Source of the DNA: Corallochytrium limacisporum Hawaii
Taxonomy: Eukaryota; Protista; Pluriformea
Assembly (NCBI GenBank): GCA_002811645.1
Contig: PDIP01000094.1
Location: forward strand, 85,754 to 126,584
Direction of reading: 5' to 3'
DNA: 40,831 nucleotides
Part shown: positions 29,903 to 39,920 of the stretch, piece by piece
How positions within the stretch are numbered: the stretch's first letter is position 1
Layout: each line of letters begins with the position of its first letter
The notes under the pieces: model-generated
Seen by the model: the letters and a program-made list of their open reading frames with translations, nothing else
Told to the model about the DNA's origin: nothing
Database searches by the model: none
Position numbers and translations under genes: made by a program

Positions 29903-32347
29903 ATGCGCTATGGACATACCCTTCTCCAGGCCTCGGAGAACCATCCGTGGCAGGACAAGTTCCTGGACTACAAGGGACTCAAGAAGCTGATCAAGAGGGA
30001 GAAACAGAGCAGAGCGGATGGCAACGCAGAGGCGGCTCGTGAGGCCAACGAGGCCTTCTTCGAGAAACTTGACGAAGAACTGCAAAAGATAACGAATCAT
30101 TTCATGGAAAAGCAGCGGGAAATTCTGTACAGCTTCAATCGCTCTCGCAAGAACTTCTCGCGGGATGTGCCAGACGAACAGATTGCTGAAATGTCTGAAT
30201 TTTCTGTCCGAGATCTGGAGTTCTTGTACCGTGCAGTTAAGGATTACACTGCTCACTACCGCGGTCTAGCTGAAGAGGTATTGTTTTTATTGGACTTTGT
30301 TGAGTATCAGGTCACCGGGCTGCGCAAGATCCTAAAGAAGCGGGACAAGAATTCCGAGCAGTCACTGACTCAGTGGTATATTCTCAGCCGTGCTACTGAT
30401 CTTAGTAATTTGCAGTTGCGGGACTTTGCTGTGGTCAACGAGGACCCGCAGGTACCCGACGATCTCGGCACAGCCAGCGAAGTCCGCAACGACGGACGCC
30501 TCAGCATTCGTAGGCGCAGCAGTCTCCTGTCCACGGTCCAGATTAGTGACCTCGTCCGAGCGGTGCGCAACGAAATGATTTACCTCTACGTTTTGCGCCG
30601 GGATATTAATGTTGTTTTGCGGGAACGAGCACCTATGCGTCGCATGTCCTCCATTCGCACAAGGCACACGCACATTAGCGACCTGGAGCCGGTTCTGGCC
30701 AGGTTGCGGTCCAGGCATAAATCCTTGCAGAACGAAAGCAAATTCATGAACGTCTACAACGAATTTGCCCTTGAACCTCTGAATGTGCGCAAAAGTGCAG
30801 ATGAGATGCCGTCGACAGCAAGCTACTGGATTAACATGATGAGCACATTCCTGTACCTCACAAACTACTACATTGTGATCCCCACGAGCGAGGACTACGC
30901 CGTTAGCCTGAATGCACCTCCGCTATTCAGCGCACTCATTGTCGGTATGGCTCCTGTGGCTGCTCTGGTGGGTGCTATTCTCTACTCTGTTTGGACCCAA
31001 ACAAGCTACCGCAAGTGTCTCATGTTCAGTTCGCTGTCCCTGTGTGTCGGTAACATCGTGTACTCAATGGCGCGGCCATTCGGATCTATTTGGATGGTGC
31101 TGGCAGGGCGTCTGCTGTGCGGCTTTGGCGGTGCACGGGCGGTAAACCGTCGCTTTATTACGGATGAAGTGCCACTGCGGGCTCGGGTCAAGGCGTGCAG
31201 CCAGTTTGTGACGGCCAGTGCCCTAGGTGTCAGCGTGGGTCCTCTTGTTGCTGCAGTTCTTGGCTACATGCCGGACTTTGAGGTTCTGGGCGTATCCTTC
31301 GACAAAGCGACAGCTCCCGGCTGGTTCATGGCTCTGATGTGGCTGTGTTACGGTCTTACTACAAGCATCCTATTCAACGAGCCCAAGCACATGATCGAGA
31401 AGGCAGAGCGCAAGGCTCTGGGTCTGGAGACCTCAAGTTCGGATGAGATGGAGACTGGCGCTGCTTCGGAAGATTTTCTCGACATTGAAGAGAGTGACTA
31501 CTATCCCAGTCCATCCAGCTCTCCGAATCGTAAGCCTGTGGCGAATGGAAGCAATGGCAATACCTCTCGGGGCTTCGATTACGACGCAGGTGACCATGAA
31601 ACCGACAAGACTGGTAGAAGCAAAGAAACCGGACCGGTAGGCTGTACCACCGTCCTATGGAACAATTTCCCGATGATAGTGTGCGTCTTCAACTACTTCG
31701 CGCTGAAGCTGGCATTGGAATCCTACAGCACCAGTGTACCATTACTGACGGGCTACTACTACGGCTGGTCCACTGGCACCGTCGGTATGTTCATGTGCGT
31801 ACTTGGTCTGACTGTGTTCATCAGCAACGGTACCCTAGAGTTTTCGATCAAGTACTTCAAGCCCAAACTGCTAATGGTCGGCTTCATTGTGACCACACTA
31901 CTGGGTTGTCTTGTACTAGCCTTGAGCGACATGATCTGGCCCTTCTTCCTAGTGCAGTACCTGATCGGTGCAGTCCTGCTTTTCCAGAGTACTCAGGTTT
32001 GGGAGGGTCTCAATATGAGCCTGCTTAGTCAGGTAATTCCGCCGCACATGGCCCAGGGTATCTTCAATGCCGGCTTTCTCTCAACCGAAGCAGGTACCAG
32101 TGGTCGTGCGATGGGCAATGTGGTGGTTAGTGTCTGCCTTGGTCTTGTCGGCAAGAAGCACCTTTCGGTAACACTGTTCAGCCTACTCTCGGTCGTCATG
32201 CTCATCGCTCTTGTTGGTACTGTAGCAGTCCTGCCACGCTTGGGTCTGCTGGATGATGAGGAGGAAGACGATGATGAGGATCTTGAAGAGAGCTTCCTCG
32301 ACGAACGCAGTCCTCTGCTCAGTAACACAGGAGAAGCCCGTGCTTGA
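29903..32347 (+). CDS. SPX-MFS transporter (PHT5/VPT-like vacuolar phosphate transporter; MFSD8-like MFS domain), 814 aa
   Basis: SPX N-terminus MRYG...FLDYKGLKKLIK and lysine cluster RKILKKRDK; two hydrophobic MFS halves (GRLLCGFGG, TAPGWFMA, GFLSTEAGTSGR) separated by an acidic loop; C-terminal DERSPLL dileucine motif. Confidence 0.93.
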   Translation: MRYGHTLLQASENHPWQDKFLDYKGLKKLIKREKQSRADGNAEAAREANEAFFEKLDEELQKITNHFMEKQREILYSFNRSRKNFSRDVPDEQIAEMSEFSVRDLEFLYRAVKDYTAHYRGLAEEVLFLLDFVEYQVTGLRKILKKRDKNSEQSLTQWYILSRATDLSNLQLRDFAVVNEDPQVPDDLGTASEVRNDGRLSIRRRSSLLSTVQISDLVRAVRNEMIYLYVLRRDINVVLRERAPMRRMSSIRTRHTHISDLEPVLARLRSRHKSLQNESKFMNVYNEFALEPLNVRKSADEMPSTASYWINMMSTFLYLTNYYIVIPTSEDYAVSLNAPPLFSALIVGMAPVAALVGAILYSVWTQTSYRKCLMFSSLSLCVGNIVYSMARPFGSIWMVLAGRLLCGFGGARAVNRRFITDEVPLRARVKACSQFVTASALGVSVGPLVAAVLGYMPDFEVLGVSFDKATAPGWFMALMWLCYGLTTSILFNEPKHMIEKAERKALGLETSSSDEMETGAASEDFLDIEESDYYPSPSSSPNRKPVANGSNGNTSRGFDYDAGDHETDKTGRSKETGPVGCTTVLWNNFPMIVCVFNYFALKLALESYSTSVPLLTGYYYGWSTGTVGMFMCVLGLTVFISNGTLEFSIKYFKPKLLMVGFIVTTLLGCLVLALSDMIWPFFLVQYLIGAVLLFQSTQVWEGLNMSLLSQVIPPHMAQGIFNAGFLSTEAGTSGRAMGNVVVSVCLGLVGKKHLSVTLFSLLSVVMLIALVGTVAVLPRLGLLDDEEEDDDEDLEESFLDERSPLLSNTGEARA

Positions 32348-32560
32348 AAGTCCTGTGCTTCCAAACCGTTCCGCTATTTACATTCATTGTCAGTGGATCA
32401 AAGAGTTTTGATCAATCGAACCAAAAAGGCTCTGCACAGCCTAACAAGCTATAGATATGTTGCCTTAATCACTTTAGCAAGACGCCATACCAGTCGTCAA
32501 CCTACAGAATAGTACAATTCCCTAGTAGATTAATATTCCCGGCATTTATTCGTTTCATGA

Positions 32561-33868
32561 TCACGATGAGGCGCGGACTATGACCTGCAAAGGTTTCGGA
32601 ATGGCTGGATCTGTGACATCCAAACTTGCACCACTTGCTACCCCGAGTTCCGCCAGCGTTTTGCCCAGATTCGGCCGGGTTTGTTGCTCCAGCATAGGTG
32701 GTTTGCGCAAATACAGACTCTTGCCCGCGCAGCGCACGGAGGGCTGCTTGGTCTGCAGGCTTTGGTGCTCCGCCATGGCCGTAAGCAGTTGCTCGAGACT
32801 AGTCTTGCTAAAGTCTTCGACAGTGAGTACCACGGGCTCTTTTCCACAGACAAGGCAGTCTGGGTTTCTTTCGTATTCAAATGTGAAGCAGTACACTCCA
32901 CTTGAACCATTGTACATCAGGTAGTTGTTCATTGGCAAACAGCAGGACATGGCTAGTTTAAAGACTTCGTGCGCAATGACGGCAGCCATTGCAGCATTGG
33001 TGCTGGCAATGGCAGGAATAATGTTCTTGGCCACTCCGAGTGTGAGGCGCATGGTTACGCCCTGAATGTCAAACTCCTTGGCTCGCTCACAGCTCTTTTC
33101 ATACAGCCATTGCAAATGCTTTGGACTGTCCAGGTCCAACTCTTCGTCCTTAAAACTCTCTGGCCAGGCAATGATCTTAGCCCATTCTATGCAGTGCTCT
33201 GGAATCCGCGGAGTACTGGCAATAGTGCACAGCGGGTATGCTTCCTGCGGCGGGAATGAAGGCAAAGCACATTCAAAGCACGCACTCATACCAGGCAGAA
33301 TCACACGGGCGTGACCCTTGAAGCCCTCTGTACCGGCATCCACCATGGGAATCATGCCGCTGCAAACCTTGCCTTCATCGTCGTATTCCAGCAGCGAAAA
33401 GAGCATGCCATTAATCCAGCGACGAGCGGCGATGGAGTCCAGTCCACAAACAATGATATTGAACTGCGAATAGAATGCGGGTCCGTGGTCCTCGATCCGT
33501 CCGTAGTATGCAGTCACTTTGCAGCGACCGTTTGTGCGGGTGTTGATGAATTCGGCAGCGACCGTAGCCTTAGGTTTACCCACATCAGACGCACGGAAGA
33601 GAAACTGTCTATTGAGATTGCTCACGTCGATCGTGTCCATGTCGATAACTTCCAGGTGTTTGAAACCCATCAATGCCAGGTCTTTGAGCAGTTCACAGCC
33701 CAAGCCTCCGGCACCAATGACAAGGATTTTCGCAATGTCCCGCACTGTTTCAAACATTCCCAGCTGAGGTTCTTCGTCTGGCGCAGCGACAGGTCCCATG
33801 CGACTACACAATGTGCTTAACTGACGGAAATATTGATCCGCAGATACCTCTGACGCACTGCTATCCAT
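32561..33868 (-). CDS. UBA3: NEDD8-activating enzyme E1 catalytic subunit (435 aa)
   Basis: ILVIGAGGLGCELLKDLAL nucleotide-binding loop; DMDTIDVSNLNRQFLF; HARVI with the Arg that discriminates NEDD8 from ubiquitin; catalytic PLCTIA..PR.PEHCIEW; KNIIPAIASTNA; C-terminal E2-binding domain. Confidence 0.96.
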   Translation of the reverse strand: MDSSASEVSADQYFRQLSTLCSRMGPVAAPDEEPQLGMFETVRDIAKILVIGAGGLGCELLKDLALMGFKHLEVIDMDTIDVSNLNRQFLFRASDVGKPKATVAAEFINTRTNGRCKVTAYYGRIEDHGPAFYSQFNIIVCGLDSIAARRWINGMLFSLLEYDDEGKVCSGMIPMVDAGTEGFKGHARVILPGMSACFECALPSFPPQEAYPLCTIASTPRIPEHCIEWAKIIAWPESFKDEELDLDSPKHLQWLYEKSCERAKEFDIQGVTMRLTLGVAKNIIPAIASTNAAMAAVIAHEVFKLAMSCCLPMNNYLMYNGSSGVYCFTFEYERNPDCLVCGKEPVVLTVEDFSKTSLEQLLTAMAEHQSLQTKQPSVRCAGKSLYLRKPPMLEQQTRPNLGKTLAELGVASGASLDVTDPAIPKPLQVIVRASS

Positions 33869-34312
33869 TTCGTACTCTGATGTTTTCCTTTCCCTGGTTC
33901 AAGTTGTATGTTCTGGTCTCCCGCTGAATCGTGATTCCTATGTCCTATTCCTTCTTTATGTACGCATCTGGATCAGTGAATGAACTGGCAAAAATTAACA
34001 TTGTAATAAGTGGTAAGCCGGATGGCTTGGAAATAGCTGTGTATTTTCGTCTTAATAAACTTCGCGTGAGGCTTGCGGGTAGGGACGTTGGCCGCAATGG
34101 GGAGAGGGCTGGACAGTTGGGAGCGGATGAAAACTGCAGACACGCAGTCCTCTACCCGGATCAACCGATATTCCAGAAATACTCTACGAAACTTAAATCC
34201 AAAATTGCTTTATGTACACCCAATGATTTGCTTGATGCTAGATCGTGTGTCTTGCACTTTCTCTGTAAGAAAGACAGAAAGGCTCTTCGGGTCCACTCTA
34301 CGAACCTTTCTT

Positions 34313-37300
34313 CTACGACAGATGAGTCTTGTGGATCTCAAACAGCGCGTCACGCAGCTTGGTTTTGCTTACGGGTTTGCGCAGGATCATTTCCATGCCA
34401 TACTCACGGACCTGACTCTCCAGATACATTGTCGGCTTGTTGCACATGGCGAGAATAGGTGTGCCTGGCTGCCTGGACAAAGCCGCGTTGATCTCTTCCA
34501 TGAATTGCACGTCTGTCTCGGTCGGCTGGTCCGGTAAGGCCACGAGGAGAATATTCTGCTGCCGTGACTCAAAGAGCCGAATCAAGGCCCTACTGTCCGA
34601 TGCCACGGCGACGTCGTGACCCAATCCCTCAATCATCTTTACAAGAATCATGCTTTTTACACTGTCCGGCTCAAAGATGCCAATGTTCAAGTGCGGTACG
34701 GCATCCGAAGAGTTCGCTTGGGGTTCTTGTACATTGCTACCCGTGGTGGCAATCGAGCTATTGCGACTCTGTCCTTCAAGATCAGTCTGCGATAGAGACG
34801 AGATTGTCGACGTCCGTGGCCGGGCCATCAGTTCCATCGGGGTTGCGATGGTCGCGGCAACTGCATTCTGGAGGCGAGAGATGTTGATCGGATGGTCAAT
34901 GCATAACGTGTTGACAATGTTCGACCAAGTCTGGCGCTGCTCAGGTTGGTTTGGATCGACAATTACTATCATTTTGACACCCGTTTCCAACAGCTGTTGA
35001 GCACTGCTCGCGGTACCGTCTACCACGAGGGCTGCGGACGCCATTGTGGACGGAGTAGTGTTTGTCGTATCATCGGTGTTTAGCACAGCAAGCTTCGCAA
35101 TCGCGTCGTGGGCAGTAGCCCGCGAATATACTTCGTGGCCTGAGTAGCTCAAGTACGACGTTAGCATCTGCGACAACGGTTCATTCTCCGAGACAATGAC
35201 AAATCTACCGTGGGTATAGTGGCCGCATTCGTCGTTTTCTGACGGTGAGTCATTAATACGAATCGGGTTGCTGACTTCGTCTTGCTGCTGAGAAGATTTC
35301 GAGGTTGCATTCGTCAAAGCGTCTTGGTCAGAGGCAGCGGCGTTCACGACAACGGTATCATCGCGGACGGTTCCCTCATCCTCGCCGTTCAGCTTCAGTA
35401 CCCGGGTGAGCGATCCCTTTTCACTGTCCTTTACAATAGGTGCAAATATTGTCATGCTGCAACCCTGCTGCCCGTCTTCCCGTTCAGCAACGTGGAGAGT
35501 GCCTCCTTGGCGAGTCAGCAGAGTGTACAGCACTCGCAACCGATTTAACGTCTGCTTCTGTTCATCCTGCTGCGCATCTTCGCCCTGAGCCGCAAGGTCG
35601 CTAATACTCGTGTGCCTGGTGACCATCTTCATGAATCCACTCTGCAACGTATCACCTAGGTCGAGAATAGATATGGCCAGACCCTCGTCATGCATACCAG
35701 CGAATTCCTTGCCGAGGGTACTGTGCGAATTTAGGAAGGATTCCGCCTGACACACGCTAACAGAAACCTTCAAATCACTTCCGTACGGACTGCGGTCGGC
35801 AGCCAACTGCAAGCATTGACCCACAATATACGCAAGCTTGTCATTATCCACTCCTAGCTCCTTCGACACGTCCTCACTCACTATGTAGTACAGGTACAGC
35901 TGCTGCTTGTCAATGGTACGCTGGGCTGTTTCCGAAGCCTTCTCGAGCATCTGCCAGATGTTTACAAACTCGACTTGTGTACCATAATCCGCTTGCGAAT
36001 CAGTCAACCTGCTTACAGTCTGTACCATGTCGACCTCTTTCTCGGCAGTGGTACAGCTCTCCAAGAGCATGTTAACCACCTCAGATACCTCCGGGTTACT
36101 TCCGACCATGTCCTGCAAAATCTTACTGGCTCCATATATGTTATAAATATGCTGGCGCATCCGCAAGCTGCTCTGCTCCATGAAACTGCTTTGCTTCCAC
36201 AAGGTTTCCTCGGCCTTCATACGCTTAATTGCAGTAGTATAGGTTGGGTCTGGACCATCCTCAATTGTACCGATGAGTACAAAGTACGCATTCATATTGG
36301 CCGGAAGGGACGGATCCTTGGAGTTGGTGGCCTTTATGTGATAACGGTTCCCGTTCCTGGTCTTGACGTCCATTTCAATGACGTCATCAGTCGCCATCTT
36401 TGCTAGCAGGAGAGCAGAATCCTCATCATGCAGGTTCAGTAGGATTCCGAGCGGCCGTCCAATTACTCGGTTCTTCTGGAACGAGGTCAAGCCCACAAAC
36501 GTATCATTGCAGAAAGTTACACTAGACTTGCCATTCACAACGCTCAACATGCAGATAGCGTCGCTGATCTCCGACACAGCTTTGAGCAACTGGTTGCGCT
36601 GGCGGTAGAGATTCTGACACACTAAAGACTGGTTCTCACTGAACCAGGCAAGTTCCAAACGCTTGGCCACGATGCTGGCGAGGTCTTTCAGGTTGTTCAC
36701 CTCAGCCTTTGTAAGTTCCCGCGGCCTGGTGTCAATCAAACACAGTGTGCCAACACGGTACTGTCCGTCACAAACTAAAGGGGCACCCGCATAGAATCGA
36801 ATGTACGGTGGTCCCGTGACCAACGGATTGTGCCTGAAACGGTGGTCAGTAAGAGTCTCAGGTACAATCAGGGGCGAATTGGAGTGAATTGTGTAAGCAC
36901 AGAAGGCAGTCTGGCGACTTGTTTCGCTGACGTACACACCCACACAACTCTTAAACCACTGACGGTTCGTATCCACCAAACTGATCAAGGCAATAGGCAT
37001 GTTGAACACACTGCTGGCGAAACGAGTGATGCGATCGTAGGTGTCATCGAAGTCTGAGTCCAAAATCTTCAGGGAGCGAAGATAAGCAATCCGTTCCTCT
37101 TCATCGGGAGGCATTTCCGGCTTCGGCGCACGCTCCCAGAGCTCTTCAAGCGTCGCTTTATCTTTGCCGAATCCTCGTCCCTTTTTGGAGTTTACCTTCA
37201 CCCCATTGCCGCTCTCAGCGACTCGCGCTGCTCGGTCAGCACCTGTGCTACCGTTCTGGGGACCAATGTTAGTCCCAGCCTTCGTACCATTGACCTTGAC

Positions 37301-37426
37301 GCCATTTGTTAGAGAAGCGGATTTGACTTGTGTTTTGCCATGGTTTTCTGCTTTCTCTTCCTTTGAAGGTTTCTTCTTAGATGCGCCTATGAAGGACCAG
37401 CGCTTTTTCGGTGTTTGTGTCGTCAT
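34313..37426 (-). CDS. GAF-PAS-(degenerate HisKA/HATPase)-REC-REC hybrid sensor, probably a pseudo-histidine kinase (1037 aa)
   Basis: Canonical GAF aa about 106-260 (EEERIAYLRSLKILDS, ISLVDTNRQWFKS, FCAYTI, RFYAGAPL, GTLCLIDTRPR); PAS-like aa about 280-390; HisKA-like KQSSFMEQSSLRMR; HATPase remnants (ISILDLG, RQGGTLHV...GCSMTIFAP); two receiver folds, the last ending ILRKPVSKTKL. Confidence 0.88.
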   Translation of the reverse strand: MTTQTPKKRWSFIGASKKKPSKEEKAENHGKTQVKSASLTNGVKVNGTKAGTNIGPQNGSTGADRAARVAESGNGVKVNSKKGRGFGKDKATLEELWERAPKPEMPPDEEERIAYLRSLKILDSDFDDTYDRITRFASSVFNMPIALISLVDTNRQWFKSCVGVYVSETSRQTAFCAYTIHSNSPLIVPETLTDHRFRHNPLVTGPPYIRFYAGAPLVCDGQYRVGTLCLIDTRPRELTKAEVNNLKDLASIVAKRLELAWFSENQSLVCQNLYRQRNQLLKAVSEISDAICMLSVVNGKSSVTFCNDTFVGLTSFQKNRVIGRPLGILLNLHDEDSALLLAKMATDDVIEMDVKTRNGNRYHIKATNSKDPSLPANMNAYFVLIGTIEDGPDPTYTTAIKRMKAEETLWKQSSFMEQSSLRMRQHIYNIYGASKILQDMVGSNPEVSEVVNMLLESCTTAEKEVDMVQTVSRLTDSQADYGTQVEFVNIWQMLEKASETAQRTIDKQQLYLYYIVSEDVSKELGVDNDKLAYIVGQCLQLAADRSPYGSDLKVSVSVCQAESFLNSHSTLGKEFAGMHDEGLAISILDLGDTLQSGFMKMVTRHTSISDLAAQGEDAQQDEQKQTLNRLRVLYTLLTRQGGTLHVAEREDGQQGCSMTIFAPIVKDSEKGSLTRVLKLNGEDEGTVRDDTVVVNAAASDQDALTNATSKSSQQQDEVSNPIRINDSPSENDECGHYTHGRFVIVSENEPLSQMLTSYLSYSGHEVYSRATAHDAIAKLAVLNTDDTTNTTPSTMASAALVVDGTASSAQQLLETGVKMIVIVDPNQPEQRQTWSNIVNTLCIDHPINISRLQNAVAATIATPMELMARPRTSTISSLSQTDLEGQSRNSSIATTGSNVQEPQANSSDAVPHLNIGIFEPDSVKSMILVKMIEGLGHDVAVASDSRALIRLFESRQQNILLVALPDQPTETDVQFMEEINAALSRQPGTPILAMCNKPTMYLESQVREYGMEMILRKPVSKTKLRDALFEIHKTHLS

Positions 37427-39644
37427 ATTTTGAGACTGTTCAGGAATCCATACATAAGTACTTTGTGCTCTCTACAGTTAATTCGTCCGCTGTGCTACTG
37501 CCGCTCTTTATTCTTCCCAGCCCATCATCAATTTAATCCTATTTGGATGGGTTTTGTCTGTCTATTGGAAACGGCTACAAGTGTCACTGTTGATCTCGAG
37601 AAGGTTACAAAACGAATGAGTTTACCGGATCAACAATACTTCGTCTACCTTCGTGCGTAAAGCAGAATGGTCATGAACATCCAGGGTACGAACGGGTCTT
37701 TGCAAGCTTGAATCGCATACACACACACGCAGGGGCAAATGAGTCGCAGAGAGAATCGCACACCAAACAGCGGCACCGAAACTCGCCGAAATGACTGCAC
37801 ACATCAATAGATGATCAGAGACAGAGTCTCCGAGAGTCTGATCCACAGTCTTGCCACGAGACACGGCAGACTCAACACCAGCCCCAACGCCTTCACCGAT
37901 CTTTTCCCCTGAGTCCCCTCCCATACAAAAAATTCACTCCCTTACCTTCACTCGCTGGAGTGTTCCTCGCAATCCTTGAAATCGCACAGCACCTGCCCAG
38001 CGTGGCACCTTGTCTTTCTGCAAGGTTCGATCTCTGCAACGAGGATTCTTTTTTCCGAAACTGTTCGTCGACAGTCTGGTTCTCTTCGTATAGATTCCGG
38101 GCCCATACTGTCAGTATTGCTGCACACCGGCACTACCAATGCCCCTAAACTAATCGCCAGGCAGCGTCCACATCAAAGACCGTTTTGTCGGGAAATGGCG
38201 GACGGAGTCAAAAAAAAAAAGAAGGATGAACCTCTGTACGAAACACTCCTACATCGGGAGATCACACTGAATCATACTAAGAGTATGTTCTTAGCATGGC
38301 GGGTCTGTGGCCTATACTTTTGCGCTACGCTACGGATAGTAAAAAGCAAGGACACCACTAAGGAAGAACGGGTCCCTCGGAAAAACCAATGCCCTGCTGC
38401 AGAGCACGGAGTGAGCATAGTGTGTTGGGCCAAGATTGTTGTGAGAGAGTCTAAATAGGGAACGATTGTCCAGAACATCTCCTCTTCCTGAAACTGTTTC
38501 GTATCTCCCACCTCGAACGCTCTGATTTTTCTGGAAGCCTTTCCATCCTTTGAGAATTTGGATCACAAACGAAGTATGCCACTTTGAGGCACGGAACCAC
38601 CACCCATCCCACTCCCTCCGTCCTCACTTCCCCCTCCCCCCTGCTGGACTGGACTGGACGGCGTGTGCGGATAAAATTCTTGTCCTCCTCTTCCGATTGC
38701 GTCCGTACACGCACTGTTAATGCGGGGGTACCGGCACACAGTAGTCAGTCTGTAGGGGGGGCTTGCTGACTCGGAGAAGAGACAGAGGAATGAGCGGGCA
38801 ACCAGACAACAAGAGCGGGACAGACAAGAGAGAGCAGGCCATTCCTTGGAAGGGGGGGGGGTCCGCGCGCCCACCAAGGTACGCTATTTCGGGCAAAAAT
38901 GTAGTGAGTCTCTAAATCGTCAGCGATCCGTCCCGACAACGAGAGATCAAAGACCCTTGCGATCCTCGTACCGACGCAGGCGCCAAGTAAGAACAAAAAA
39001 AAAATGGAAGAAACATAGAGCAGCAGCGTAGTACGCCATCGTCAGGGCCGTTGTGTGGGTATTGAAAAAGACGGGCAACACGAGCTCGGGCACAATTGGC
39101 CCGAAACCGTCCGGGGGAACGGAACAAGGAAGAAGGGACAAGGCGGAGGGTGGGGGTGGGGTCGGACAAGCTGCCGCCCTCACACCACATGCCTCGCAGC
39201 AAGCGGCAAGCACCAGCGAAATGGAAGTACGGAATGCAAAGGGGAAGCAGAGCTACGGCAAGGAACCATTTGATGAGCTTATTAGGTGGCTGGGCAGGAG
39301 ACCATTCCCGTGTATGCGCCGAGAGTTGGTTCTACTGATTATAGGAAAAATAACAGCGACACCAGGCCCACGGGGTGTGCAGCAGACTCTCGCAGGACAA
39401 TTGTTACCGTCCCCTGACCGCGGAAAGTCCTTCGATCTATCTGTATCGTTAAGTGTAAGAGGATTGGGTCGCGTTGGAGAATTATTGGAAGTATCGACTA
39501 ATACAATGCACTGCAACCGAACTCACACACGGAGACGGGGGCTCTCTGATGCCGACGCCGTCTGATCCGCCATACACTTTATTTCTGTAAGTCAGGCCCC
39601 CCGCCCCACTGGGGGTTCCGGGAGGGAGCGGGCTCAAGCCAACC

Positions 39645-39920
39645 CACCCCAGATCGTTGCCGTAAGAAAGCTGGGAGGTGGTACGGGGGTCGGGCTACAT
39701 TTCTGGCTCCCAGGCAACCACCGATGAAAGTCCCAAGTCTCGGGTTGTGTCGCTTACAGAACCGAGGGGTGGGTGGGAAGGAGAGATCCTTTTTACTCAT
39801 ATCTGCTCCGCTCCTTTCGGAACTGGGTCAATATATTGGATGTAAGCGAAGGCGCGAGTGCATGAGGGGAGGGGCCGGAGGGGATGGATCAAGGCCATAC
39901 AATGGGGCCCGATCGGGGTG
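39645..39920 (+). ncRNA. Candidate structured RNA with RNase MRP/P-like layout
   Basis: Terminal helix 39645-39655/39911-39920; bulged hairpin 39656-39718; GAAAGTCCC at 39726; perfect 9-bp helix 39750-39758/39841-39849; 13-14-bp hairpin with GAGA tetraloop 39770-39799; ACAATGGGGC at 39899 just before the 3' terminal strand. P4 is imperfect. Confidence 0.3.

Noticed and set aside
39422-39543. Second GGAAAGTCC...CGGGGGCT pairing resembling RNase MRP P4
   Set aside because: Only about 100 nt between the strands and no convincing P1 or P3. It also shows such motifs can arise by chance, which tempers the 39645-39920 call.
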